Assembly (NCBI GenBank): GCA_964022095.1
Contig: CAXHZO010000002.1
Span: forward strand, 128,001 to 192,000
Length of the DNA stretch: 64,000 nt
Source: an uncultured Arcobacteraceae bacterium
Lineage (GTDB): Bacteria; Campylobacterota; Campylobacteria; Campylobacterales; Arcobacteraceae
Direction of reading: 5' to 3'
Shown here: piece by piece, positions 23,328 to 32,803 of the stretch
Numbering within the stretch: the stretch's first letter is position 1
Layout: each line of letters begins with the position of its first letter
The notes under the pieces: generated by a model
Database searches by the model: none
Seen by the model: the letters and a program-made list of their open reading frames with translations, nothing else
What the model was told of the DNA's origin: nothing
Translations under genes and position numbers: made by a program

Positions 23328-23506
23328 GATAGACTCCTTATTAAACACATTATATTCCTTGTAAAATTAAATTATTATTAAACGTGAATAAGAAAGCATA
23401 TTATTAAATAAAGCCTTATTGATGGGGTTCAAGATATTCATGAAATTATTATTTGAAGTGTTTTAATTTTCCTTTGATATAATATCCATTATATAAAGAT
23501 GAGAAT

Positions 23507-23830
23507 ATGGATATTAAAGAACAATTACAAGAAATTATTACCTTAGTTGAAAACACACAGTTTGTAAAAGCCCATGATGAACTTGAAGAGTTATGGAGAG
23601 AGTATAAAAATGATGAAACTACTAGAGAAGAATCATTTATACTAAAAGCATTTACAAATGCAGTTGTTGTATTTGAACTAGTAAAGATGAATAGAAGTGA
23701 ACATAGTAAGAATGTATGGAATACATATAAGAAGTATGAGTACTTAATAGATGAATTAGATAGTATAAACAAAGAAGAATATATAAAACTAAAAAAGTTA
23801 GTATACAAATATAAAGAAGAGTATAAATAA
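23507..23830 (+). CDS. DUF309-like protein
   Basis: FVKAHDELEELW matches the F.aHevLE..W pattern. Confidence 0.65.
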   Translation: MDIKEQLQEIITLVENTQFVKAHDELEELWREYKNDETTREESFILKAFTNAVVVFELVKMNRSEHSKNVWNTYKKYEYLIDELDSINKEEYIKLKKLVYKYKEEYK

Positions 23831-24346
23831 GTGATAATATTAGATTTTGAGACAAACAGTGGAAATATAGGTGATGTTTTAGAAGTAGCAGCTGTAAAGT
23901 GTGATACTAATTTTAATGTACTTGATAAGTTTCATAGATACTACTTATCTAGACATCCAATTAATTATTACTCATATGCAGTACATAGACTAACACCAGA
24001 ATTAATATTAGATTATAGAAAAGACAAAGAGTATGTAACATACTTCACAGAAGATGAAGAGTTCGAGCAGTTTTGTTCTGGAGCTAAAACATTAGTAGCT
24101 CATAATATAAACTTCGAATTACGACATATAAATAATCGTGTAAGATTTCAAAATCATATATGTACTATGAAAGAGAATAGAACTACAGTAAATGTATATG
24201 GAAAAAATGGAAAATTAAAAAATCCAAAGTTAGATGAAACATGTGCATATTATGGAATAGATTTTGAAGCTGACAAGTATCACAGTGCTACATATGATGT
24301 AACTAAAACCTATGAAATACTAAAAAGAATGAATATAAAATTATAA
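23831..24346 (+). CDS. DEDDh 3'-5' exonuclease (DnaQ/RNase T family)
   Basis: LDFET, VAHNINFE, HSATYD motifs; GTG start. Confidence 0.9.
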   Translation: MIILDFETNSGNIGDVLEVAAVKCDTNFNVLDKFHRYYLSRHPINYYSYAVHRLTPELILDYRKDKEYVTYFTEDEEFEQFCSGAKTLVAHNINFELRHINNRVRFQNHICTMKENRTTVNVYGKNGKLKNPKLDETCAYYGIDFEADKYHSATYDVTKTYEILKRMNIKL

Positions 24347-24349
24347 ATT

Positions 24350-24401
24350 CCTATAAACTGCTAGAATTTACCTACAAGATAAAGTTATTTTGTCATAAAA
24401 T
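24350..24401 (+). promoter_or_regulatory. Putative LytTR-type operator and promoter of the photolyase operon
   Basis: CCTATAAACTG-N10-CCTAC (21-bp periodic repeat) and TAAAAT at 24396; same layout at 31328-31377. Confidence 0.65.
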
Positions 24402-24418
24402 AAAAGAAAAAAGGGTTT

Positions 24419-25378
24419 ATGATGAAAATAGGAGTATCTTCGTGTCTAATAGGAAATAAAGTTAGATATGATGGAATGAATGCAAACGATAAATTTATAG
24501 CAAACATACTGTCAAAGTATTTTGAACTAATCCCTTATTGTCCAGAAACAACTATATGGGGAAGTCCACGAGAAGCTATAAGACTTGTGGAGAATGAACA
24601 GGGAGAGGTAAAAGTAGTAACATCTACTAAAAATCCAGTTGAAGTAACAAAACAACTTCAAGACATTTCTTCTACAACTGCACAAGAAGCAGGGGAAGAT
24701 GAACTATGTGGATTTATACTAAAATCAGCATCTCCAACTTGTGGATTAGAAAGAGTTAAAGTATACAAACCTTTAAATGCTCCAAGTGAGAAAAAAGGGG
24801 TAGGGCTATTTGCAGCTGAACTTAAAAAAAGATATCCATACTTACCAATGGAAGAAGAGGGAAGACTAAATGACCCTTGGCTTAGAGAAAATTTCTTAAT
24901 GCAAACATTTGCTTATGCAGACTTACATGAGTTTTTAAAAACAAATCCAAGTTTTAATGACCTAGTAGTATTTCATACCTCATATAAATACCTAATATAT
25001 GCAAAAGCAGAGAGTGCATATAAAACACTTGGTCATATAGTAGCAAACCATGAAAAAAAAGAACTAGAAGAGGTATTAAAAGAGTATAAAGAAGAGTTCT
25101 TAAAGGCTATTAATTTAAAAGGAAGTGTTAAAAAGACATATAATGTACTACTACATATATATGGATACTTCAAAAGAGATATTACAAGTGATGAAAAAGA
25201 GCATGTACTTTCAACACTAGAAGAGTATAAAGAAAAAATCATACCACTAATTGCAGTTATGAAGATAATCAACCTTTATGCAAAAAGATTTGATGTACAG
25301 TATCTAAAAGTTCAAAAATTCTTAAATCCATATCCAAAAGAATTGGCATTAAGAAGTGATGTGAGAGCGTACAAGTAA
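24419..25378 (+). CDS. DUF523 (TudS-like desulfidase) + DUF1722 fusion, YbgA/RudS family
   Basis: GVSSCLIG..VRYDG, CPE, KSASPTCG, EEEGRL..LRENF, FHTSYKY, NVLLHIYGYFK, FLNPYP. Confidence 0.9.
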   Translation: MMKIGVSSCLIGNKVRYDGMNANDKFIANILSKYFELIPYCPETTIWGSPREAIRLVENEQGEVKVVTSTKNPVEVTKQLQDISSTTAQEAGEDELCGFILKSASPTCGLERVKVYKPLNAPSEKKGVGLFAAELKKRYPYLPMEEEGRLNDPWLRENFLMQTFAYADLHEFLKTNPSFNDLVVFHTSYKYLIYAKAESAYKTLGHIVANHEKKELEEVLKEYKEEFLKAINLKGSVKKTYNVLLHIYGYFKRDITSDEKEHVLSTLEEYKEKIIPLIAVMKIINLYAKRFDVQYLKVQKFLNPYPKELALRSDVRAYK

Positions 25379-25379
25379 C

Positions 25380-26735
25380 ATGAAACAAATACTTTGGTTT
25401 AGAAGAGACTTACGAATAAGCGATAGTGAGATATTAACAAATGCTAAGGATGAAGTATTGCCTATATTTATCTTTGATAAGGATATCTTAGGAAAGCTAG
25501 ATATTGATGATAAGAGGGTGACTTTTATATACCAAAGTGTTTTAAAGCTAAAAGAGGATTTAAAATCTATTGGGCTTGATTTAGCAATATTTTATTCAAC
25601 TCCTGTTGAGGTGTTTAGAAGCTTACAAAAAGAGGGTTTCGATGAGGTATTATCTAGTATTGATTATGAACAATACTCTATAAGAAGAGATAATCAAATA
25701 GAGCAAATAGTAACAATGAGAAGATTTTTAGACTCATTTATTCTAAAACCAAACACACATACAAAGAAAGATAAAACTCCCTATAAAGTATTTACACCAT
25801 TTTACAAAGCATTAAATTATATATGGGAGAGTGAATCTTTAGATGAGTTTGAAACTCCAAAAAACCTGAAGAAAATAGAGTTTAACTATGATGTAATTCC
25901 AAGTTTAGAAGAAATGGGCTTTGAAAAACAAGAACTCCCAGAATTTTTAACTAAAAGTGCAGATGAGTTGATAGATGATTTTTCACAAAAAATATCTGAA
26001 TATCAAGAATCTAGAGACTTTTTTTATAAAGATGGAACATCAAATATGGGAGTTCACTTGCGTTTTGGGCTTATTAGTCCAAGACAAGTTTTTAATAAAA
26101 TCAAAACTTTAAGAGCTCCTCAAGGTCAAAAAGATTTTTATATAAGAGAGCTTTTTTGGAGAGAATTTTACAACTATATTTTATTTCATTTTCCAAAAAG
26201 TGAAACTCAAAACTTCAATGGCATAGAAGTAAAGTGGAGAAATGATAAAGAAGAGTTCAAAGCTTGGTGTGAAGGAAACACAGGTGTTCCTATAATAGAT
26301 GCTTCAATGAGACATTTTAATGCAACAGGAACTATGCATAACCGTCTAAGAATGATAGTTGCTTCATACTTAACCAAAAACTTGCTAATTGATTGGAAGT
26401 GGGGAGAGAAGTATTTTGCTTCTAAGTTACTTGATTATGAAGCAAGTTCAAATATAGGTTCTTGGCAATGGGGAGCTAGTACAGGTGCTGATTCAGTGCC
26501 TTATTTTAGAGTTTTTAACCCATATTTACAATCTGCAAAATTTGATAAAGAAGCTAAATTTATAAAATCAGTCATACCTGAACTTGAACATATAGAACCA
26601 AAACTTATTCATACTGAAGGTGGGGTTCAAAGCAATTTATTTGTGGATTATCCTCAAACTTTAGTTTCTATTTCTTTTTCAAGGGATAGAGTTATAAGTG
26701 AGTTTAAAAGAGCAAATATAGAGAGTAAGAGATGA
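25380..26735 (+). CDS. phrB: Deoxyribodipyrimidine photolyase
   Basis: WFRRDLR, HLRFGLISPR, ELFWREF, TGVPIIDASMR, MHNRLRMI, GSWQW, RVFNP. Confidence 0.95.
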   Translation: MKQILWFRRDLRISDSEILTNAKDEVLPIFIFDKDILGKLDIDDKRVTFIYQSVLKLKEDLKSIGLDLAIFYSTPVEVFRSLQKEGFDEVLSSIDYEQYSIRRDNQIEQIVTMRRFLDSFILKPNTHTKKDKTPYKVFTPFYKALNYIWESESLDEFETPKNLKKIEFNYDVIPSLEEMGFEKQELPEFLTKSADELIDDFSQKISEYQESRDFFYKDGTSNMGVHLRFGLISPRQVFNKIKTLRAPQGQKDFYIRELFWREFYNYILFHFPKSETQNFNGIEVKWRNDKEEFKAWCEGNTGVPIIDASMRHFNATGTMHNRLRMIVASYLTKNLLIDWKWGEKYFASKLLDYEASSNIGSWQWGASTGADSVPYFRVFNPYLQSAKFDKEAKFIKSVIPELEHIEPKLIHTEGGVQSNLFVDYPQTLVSISFSRDRVISEFKRANIESKR

Positions 26736-28147
26736 GAAATGTAGACATAGCAGTAGTTGGAAGTGGAATAGGTGGAAGCTTAATATCTGCCTTAAATAGT
26801 CACAAAGATATATTACTATTTGAAAAAGATCATAATCTTGGTGGATGTGCAAGTACATTTAAAAGATTTGGCCATAGATTCAATACTGGTGCTACTACGT
26901 TTGTAGGATATGAAGATAATCATATTATAAAAAATATGTTTGATAAGATAGGATTAAAACCAGATATTGTTCAAAGTGATATCGCAATAAGAAATATACA
27001 AGGAAATAAAAAAGTAGATAGAATTCAAAACTTTGAATCATTTTTAACACAAGTAAATGAAAACTATTACCACCCAAACAACAGAGTTTTTTGGAAAACA
27101 ATCAAAGATATAGATGAAAGGTTTTGGAAGCTTAGATTTGTGTATTTTTCAAAGTACTCTTTGAAGTCATTTTTTAAATCATCACTTTTTATAGCTGAAC
27201 TTTTAAAAGAGTTTAAAACAGATTTATTAGTAAGTGCAGAGGGCTTTATAAACTCAACTTTGCCAAATATTTCAAAAGAGTATAAGGCTTTTATAAATTC
27301 ACAACTACTAATAACTCTACAAACTACATCAAAAAATGCAACACTTTTATCTATGAGTTTAGGACTTGCGTATCCTTTTCATAAAGTATTTTATGCAAAT
27401 GGTGGAATGGGAAATTTAATAAAAGATATACTAAAAGATGTAGAAGTAAAGAAAAATGAAGAGATAATCTCCATTGAAAAAACATCAAAGCAATATCACA
27501 TAATAACAAGTAAATCAGAATATATGGCAAATAAAGTCATACTAAACTCAACTATCTTTGATAGCGGAAGACTGTTTTTAAATGATGATATAAAATCATA
27601 CTTCAATCAGTTTAGATTTGGTGATCAAAGTGCTTTTGTAGTGTATATGAAACTAAATATTAAACCTGAGCTTATACATCACTATCAGTTTGTTTTAAAA
27701 GATACTATTCCAAACTGTATTTCTAACTCGTTTTTTGTATCATTTAGTGATGTAGCTGATGATAAACTATCAAAAGATGGACTGAGTATTACTATCTCAA
27801 CTCATTCAAAAGCAATATACTGGGAAGGTCTTTCAAAACAACAGTACGATGCTAAAAAACAAGAGACTCAAGAATATATTGTAAAAGAGTTTTTAAAACA
27901 GTTTGATACTATCAAAGCAGAAAATATCAAAGAGTGTTTTAGTGCTACTTCAAAGACTTTTTACAGATATATAAGCCGTGCAAACTGTGGTGGAAAACCA
28001 ATAAATATTAAAAGTGCACTTAGCTTACCTAGCTGTAACACACCCTTTAAAGGTCTTTATAATGTAGGAGATACAGTATTCGCAGGTCAAGGCTGGCCTG
28101 GTGTTGCTCTTGGAGTTGAGATATTAAATAAAGAGATTAATTCATAG
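26732..28147 (+). CDS. FAD-dependent oxidoreductase, phytoene desaturase/CrtD-like family
   Basis: VVGSGIGG, EK..LGGCASTF, FNTGATTFVG, C-terminal GLYNVGDTVFAGQGWPGV. Confidence 0.8.
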   Translation: MRNVDIAVVGSGIGGSLISALNSHKDILLFEKDHNLGGCASTFKRFGHRFNTGATTFVGYEDNHIIKNMFDKIGLKPDIVQSDIAIRNIQGNKKVDRIQNFESFLTQVNENYYHPNNRVFWKTIKDIDERFWKLRFVYFSKYSLKSFFKSSLFIAELLKEFKTDLLVSAEGFINSTLPNISKEYKAFINSQLLITLQTTSKNATLLSMSLGLAYPFHKVFYANGGMGNLIKDILKDVEVKKNEEIISIEKTSKQYHIITSKSEYMANKVILNSTIFDSGRLFLNDDIKSYFNQFRFGDQSAFVVYMKLNIKPELIHHYQFVLKDTIPNCISNSFFVSFSDVADDKLSKDGLSITISTHSKAIYWEGLSKQQYDAKKQETQEYIVKEFLKQFDTIKAENIKECFSATSKTFYRYISRANCGGKPINIKSALSLPSCNTPFKGLYNVGDTVFAGQGWPGVALGVEILNKEINS

Positions 28148-28185
28148 AGATGAAGTTAAGACAAACCACAACATATAACTACATA

Positions 28186-28851
28186 TCAATTAAAATCTAG
28201 AGTTAATATCAAACGCTTTTCATTGGCTAACACTACAGGTGAACGGTGAACTAAGCCCATATTTTCATTACCCTCCCAAAGGGTACCTTTGAGCAATGCA
28301 ACATCGCCACAATTTAATTGTTGGATATCATTTTCACCTTGGTAAAGACCAGATTCACTATCAGATAAGCCGTTACTACCCCATCCAAGTTTTGTGTAAT
28401 CAGCCACCTCATGAGGAAGCCATTGTGTAGCAATACCTTGATAGGTTGTCACAAGACGGCAAGGCACGCTATCTACATGAAATTTAGGGCACATCGTTCG
28501 ATCTAAAACTTTCAAGCGAATGCCTGCTTGTTTAAGTTCAAATAAGTAACAAAACATATCCACAAGTTCAGCAATATCTTCGCTCACTTCAGTCATATTA
28601 TTATCAAAAGATTCGCTAAGACGGGAAAGCGCATTTTGTGGTGTTAAAATCATTTCTTTTTGAAATGCAGGATTCAATGCTAAAAATTCTTTTACCGAAT
28701 ATTGCATAGTAGAAGGTATCTTACGCTGCCAAATGGCTATATTGATTTCTGATTGGTAGATATCACTAAAAATTGTTGGCTGTTTATCCTGTGCCATATG
28801 TCCATAGAATTTAGGCATTTCATTTAGCATCATTTTCCTTTTCACGCTCAT
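28186..28851 (-). CDS. DUF1826 family protein
   Basis: NIAIWQR, MCPKFHVD, RLVTTY.G.ATQW, GDVALLKG, GLVHRSP, RLILTLD. Confidence 0.85.
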   Translation of the reverse strand: MSVKRKMMLNEMPKFYGHMAQDKQPTIFSDIYQSEINIAIWQRKIPSTMQYSVKEFLALNPAFQKEMILTPQNALSRLSESFDNNMTEVSEDIAELVDMFCYLFELKQAGIRLKVLDRTMCPKFHVDSVPCRLVTTYQGIATQWLPHEVADYTKLGWGSNGLSDSESGLYQGENDIQQLNCGDVALLKGTLWEGNENMGLVHRSPVVLANEKRLILTLDFN

Positions 28852-28871
28852 TAAAATATAATAAACAAATT

Positions 28872-28936
28872 AATGCAACTTTGTCGCATTTTATTAGGAA
28901 TTATAATATAAAATATTTAAATGCAACTTAGTTGCA
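28872..28936. promoter_or_regulatory. Two TGCAAC-N3-GTTGCA-type palindromes (candidate Zur-like metal operator)
   Basis: AATGCAACTTTGTCGCATT (28872-28890) and TGCAACTTAGTTGCA (28922-28936) upstream of DUF1826. Confidence 0.6.
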
Positions 28937-29065
28937 GCATATTAAAAAAATCAAAAGAGTAGATTATGGCAGATGGAAAATGTAAAATTTAAGAATATAA
29001 ACAAAGATGGTGATCATTATGACTATGATAATTTATATTTAGAATTTAAATTATCAAAAGTCTAC

Positions 29066-29467
29066 TCAATTTAGCTTATTTACTTCTCTTTTCTCTCTTA
29101 TCCAAGATTTAATACCCTTTTGAAGGTGATATACATTTTTAAAGCCTAGTTGTTTTGATAAAAAGTTACCAACAGTTCCGGTTCTATTTCCCGATCTACA
29201 AACTAATACAAAAGTTTGATTTTTGTCTTTTACTACAGTTGAGAACTCTTTTAGCCAACTTTTAACATCGTATTGACCTTTTTCATTAAAAAACATTATC
29301 TTATTACTTGTAGGAATAGTTCCTAGTTCTTTCCACTCTGGTGGAGTTCTTATATCTATCACTGTGATATTTTTATCAATCATTTCTTGTAGTTGTGTTG
29401 GATTAATTCCTTTGAAATCTGCAAATGCAAAAATTGCTGTTAATAGTATAAAAAATAGTTTTTTCAT
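29066..29467 (-). CDS. Exported rhodanese-like domain protein
   Basis: Signal peptide; VIDIRTPPEW, VCRSGNRT, HLQKGIKSW. Confidence 0.9.
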   Translation of the reverse strand: MKKLFFILLTAIFAFADFKGINPTQLQEMIDKNITVIDIRTPPEWKELGTIPTSNKIMFFNEKGQYDVKSWLKEFSTVVKDKNQTFVLVCRSGNRTGTVGNFLSKQLGFKNVYHLQKGIKSWIREKREVNKLN

Positions 29468-29626
29468 TGTTCACCTTTTTTGTCAAGTTTGTAATATTAC
29501 ACCAAAAAAGTTTAAAGATTTTAATTGAAATAAAATATTTATATCACAAATCGTCAAATAACTTATATTAAATATTTTAAAATTATAGTAAAATAATCAG
29601 ATATAATAAAATCAAAAAGGAACTAA

Positions 29627-30625
29627 ATGCACAGTGTAGAACTAAAAATCACAATAAAAGACTGGCTTTATATAATAACCATTGGTGCTTTATTTGGGTT
29701 TTTTATTTCATTGTTTTTTTATTTTCTAAATGAAAATCTAAGAGAATTTTCAACTATAATTTTTAGTACTAGTACAGCAGTTATTATTTCTCTCTTTGCA
29801 TCATTTTTAATATCAATTTCAAACAATCTTATACTACCAAAAGTGAACAAAAGATTTTGGTATATCGTTAGTTTTATTTTTTCATTTAGTTCTGGTTTTT
29901 TTGGTTCGGTGTTTAGTTTTGTGATTTTTTCTTATACAGATTTTAGAATCGTACACTATATAAATGATTATTGGTTCTACATAAGTGTTACTATAGGGTT
30001 CCTAACTTTTTTAGTTGGATTAATTTTACATCAGTTTATTTCTATGAAGTATAAAAACGAATCAATAAAAACTGAGATTTTAGAAACAAGATTAAGAGCA
30101 TTAGAAAACGAACTAAATCCTCACTTTTTATTCAACGCTTTAAATTCAGTTAGTGAGTTAGTATATGTGGACCAAAAGAAAGCAGAATCTGCAATCTTAC
30201 ATATCTCAAAGTTTTTGAGAAACGCTATAAATAAAGAGAGCCTAATACCTTTAGAAACAGAACTTTCAATGGTTCAAACATATGTAAATATTGAAAATAT
30301 AAGATTTACGCAAAGAGTTGTATTATCAGTTGAAGTTGTAGAAGAGATGAAAAAAAGAGAAATACCAAAATTCTCAATTCAACTATTAGTAGAAAATGCC
30401 ATCAAACATGGTTTCATAAATGAAAAACTACATATAGACATCAAAGTTTATAAAGATATAATAATCGTACAAAATGACGGAAAAATATCACAAGACTTGA
30501 AGTTTGGTACAGGATTATCAAATCTTAAAAAAAGACTAGAAATTCAAAATGTAGGAAAACTTTCATATCTAAGTGAAGATAATAAAATGAAATTTATAAT
30601 TAAGTTAAATAAAGGAAACAAATGA
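29627..30625 (+). CDS. LytS/YehU-type sensor histidine kinase
   Basis: About 4 TMs; LNPHFLFNALN, IQLLVENAIKHG, GTGLSNL. Confidence 0.92.
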   Translation: MHSVELKITIKDWLYIITIGALFGFFISLFFYFLNENLREFSTIIFSTSTAVIISLFASFLISISNNLILPKVNKRFWYIVSFIFSFSSGFFGSVFSFVIFSYTDFRIVHYINDYWFYISVTIGFLTFLVGLILHQFISMKYKNESIKTEILETRLRALENELNPHFLFNALNSVSELVYVDQKKAESAILHISKFLRNAINKESLIPLETELSMVQTYVNIENIRFTQRVVLSVEVVEEMKKREIPKFSIQLLVENAIKHGFINEKLHIDIKVYKDIIIVQNDGKISQDLKFGTGLSNLKKRLEIQNVGKLSYLSEDNKMKFIIKLNKGNK

Positions 30626-31332
30626 AAGTATTAATAGTAGACGATGAGTCTTTAGCAATAAGCAGACTTACAAGACTTCTAAATGAAATAGGAATAAACG
30701 ATATCACATCTTTTGAAGATCCTTTATTAGCACTAAAAGATATTACAAAAAATAAATACGACGCAGTATTTTTAGATATATCAATGCCAAATATGACAGG
30801 ATTAGAACTTGCTGATAGTATTATTCAGTTTGAGCCGAAGACTTTTATAGTGTTTCAAACAGCTTATGAAGAGTATGCTTTAGAGGCTTTTAAAAAAGGT
30901 GGATTAGGTTATTTAGTAAAACCTTTTGAGTTAGATGACTTAAAAGCAGTTATTGAAAAAATAAAAACTTTTCAAGATAGTGCTGAAGTTGAGACTAAAA
31001 AGATTTTAGGGAAAAGAGGAGATAAACTATATTTAATCGATTTAGATGATATTTTTTATATAAAAGCAGACCTTGATGAAGTTATTATCAAAATTAAAGA
31101 TGCAGATGCATATGTAAGAAGAAAAATAGGAGACTTAGAGACTTTATTACAAAACAAAAATTTCTTTAGAGTTCATAGATCATACATAGTAAATGTAGAT
31201 AAAATCAAATCAATGAAAAGTATTGAGCAATCAAAACTTCAAATCTCTTTTGATGGAATTAGTGAAATAGTAACTAGTTCAAAAGATGGAGCAAAAGAGT
31301 TTAGAGAGTATCTAGATAGAAGAAGTTTATAA
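30622..31332 (+). CDS. LytTR-family response regulator
   Basis: IVDDE, FLDISMP, YLVKP; LytTR motif FFRVHRSYIVN. Confidence 0.95.
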   Translation: MKVLIVDDESLAISRLTRLLNEIGINDITSFEDPLLALKDITKNKYDAVFLDISMPNMTGLELADSIIQFEPKTFIVFQTAYEEYALEAFKKGGLGYLVKPFELDDLKAVIEKIKTFQDSAEVETKKILGKRGDKLYLIDLDDIFYIKADLDEVIIKIKDADAYVRRKIGDLETLLQNKNFFRVHRSYIVNVDKIKSMKSIEQSKLQISFDGISEIVTSSKDGAKEFREYLDRRSL

Positions 31333-31377
31333 ACTGACAAAATAATCCTACTAAAAAGCCATCTTTTCTCGTAAAAT
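31328..31377 (+). promoter_or_regulatory. Putative LytTR-type operator and promoter of SRPBCC-hemH
   Basis: TATAAACTG-N10-CCTAC-N20-TAAAAT, spacing identical to 24352-24401. Confidence 0.65.
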
Positions 31378-31413
31378 TCTTCTAGTATAAAATATTTCGT
31401 ACGAGGAGAAGAT

Positions 31414-31863
31414 GTGCAGACATTTATCAAAAGTTCATATATTAAGTGTGACATACAAACCCTTTTTGATTTTCACTTAGACACAAATAACTTGAAACAC
31501 ATCACTCCAAGCGATACCAAAGTAGAGCTACTAACTAAAGATTACGTACCTAAGCAGTCAAAAATTTTAGATATAAAAAGTACGAAGTATTTTATACCAA
31601 TGTTATGGAAAGTAAAAATAGAAACATTAGATGAACCTAACCTTTTAGTTGACATCGCATTAAAGTCCCCTTTTAAATATTGGGAACACAAACATATATT
31701 TATTCAGCACAAAGATAGATGTGAACTAAAAGATGTGATAACTTATGAATTACCTTTTGGAATAATTGGAAAGTTTTTTGATTTTATTATAAAAAGAGAT
31801 TTACAAAACATGTTTGATTTTAGACATAAAGCTACAAAAGAAATATTAGAGAAAAAGGACTAA
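31414..31863 (+). CDS. SRPBCC family protein
   Basis: FDFH...NL..ITP, PFKYWEHKH.F, D.ITYELPFG, MFDFRH; GTG start with AGGAG RBS. Confidence 0.85.
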   Translation: MQTFIKSSYIKCDIQTLFDFHLDTNNLKHITPSDTKVELLTKDYVPKQSKILDIKSTKYFIPMLWKVKIETLDEPNLLVDIALKSPFKYWEHKHIFIQHKDRCELKDVITYELPFGIIGKFFDFIIKRDLQNMFDFRHKATKEILEKKD

Positions 31864-31864
31864 A

Positions 31865-32803
31865 TTGAAAAGAGCAATTATACTTATGAATATGGGTGGA
31901 CCAAATAACCTTGATGAAGTTAGAGTTTTTTTACATAATATGTTTAATGACAAGTATATTATTGGTGCACCACAACCAATAAGAGCAATGATTGCTAAAT
32001 TTATAATTTTTAAAAGAATAGATGAAGCTCAAGGTAATTATAAATTATTAGGTGGAATGTCTCCAATCGTTGGCCATACCAAAAGATTAGTAAGAAGACT
32101 TGCAAGAGTTGTTGATGCTGATGTTTTCCACGAAATGAGATATACACCACCATTTGCTGCTACAGTTTTAGAAAAAGTAAAAGATTATGATGAAATATAC
32201 GCTATTCCTATGTATCCACACTATTCAAGTACAACTACAAAATCTTCTTATGAAGATTTATTAAAAAATGCAAAGAAACTAGGAATAGACACTAATAAAT
32301 TTAAAACTATCGATAAATATTATGATAATACACTATACAACAAAGCGATAGTTGAAAGAATAAAAGAAGCACTCAAAGGTGAAGACTCAAAAGAGTTTGA
32401 GCTTGTGTTTTCGGCACATGGTTTAACACAAAGAACAATTGATAAAGGCGATCCTTATCAAAAGCATATTTTAGCAAATGTAGAGTTTGCAAAAAAAGAG
32501 CTAGCAGAACAAGGAATTGCTTTTAAAAAGATTCATGTTGCATACCAATCAAGACTAGGGCCATTAGAGTGGTTGAGACCATATATGGAAGATAAATTAA
32601 AAGAGATAAAATCAAAAGTAATTATCTATCCTATATCATTTACAGTTGATAATTCAGAGACAGAATTTGAGCTAGATATTGAGTATAAAGAAGTAGCAGA
32701 TGAATTAGGAATAAAAGATTATAGAGTTGCAAAAACTCCTAATCATCATCCAAGTTTTTTAGCAGCCTTAAAAGGTATCTATGAGGACATGAAAGCCTCA
32801 TAA
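31865..32803 (+). CDS. hemH: Ferrochelatase
   Basis: LMNMGGP, MRYTPP, PMYPHYSSTT, FSAHGL, YQSRLGPLEWL.P, DNSETEFELD. Confidence 0.96.
   Translation: MKRAIILMNMGGPNNLDEVRVFLHNMFNDKYIIGAPQPIRAMIAKFIIFKRIDEAQGNYKLLGGMSPIVGHTKRLVRRLARVVDADVFHEMRYTPPFAATVLEKVKDYDEIYAIPMYPHYSSTTTKSSYEDLLKNAKKLGIDTNKFKTIDKYYDNTLYNKAIVERIKEALKGEDSKEFELVFSAHGLTQRTIDKGDPYQKHILANVEFAKKELAEQGIAFKKIHVAYQSRLGPLEWLRPYMEDKLKEIKSKVIIYPISFTVDNSETEFELDIEYKEVADELGIKDYRVAKTPNHHPSFLAALKGIYEDMKAS

Noticed and set aside
23449-23855. Minus-strand ORFs of 119 and 67 aa
   Set aside because: Antisense shadows of the DUF309-like gene with low-complexity F/S/Y composition
28960-29060. Possible gene remnant or cassette boundary beside DUF1826
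   Set aside because: No sustained ORF, attC-like palindrome, IR or target duplication identifiable
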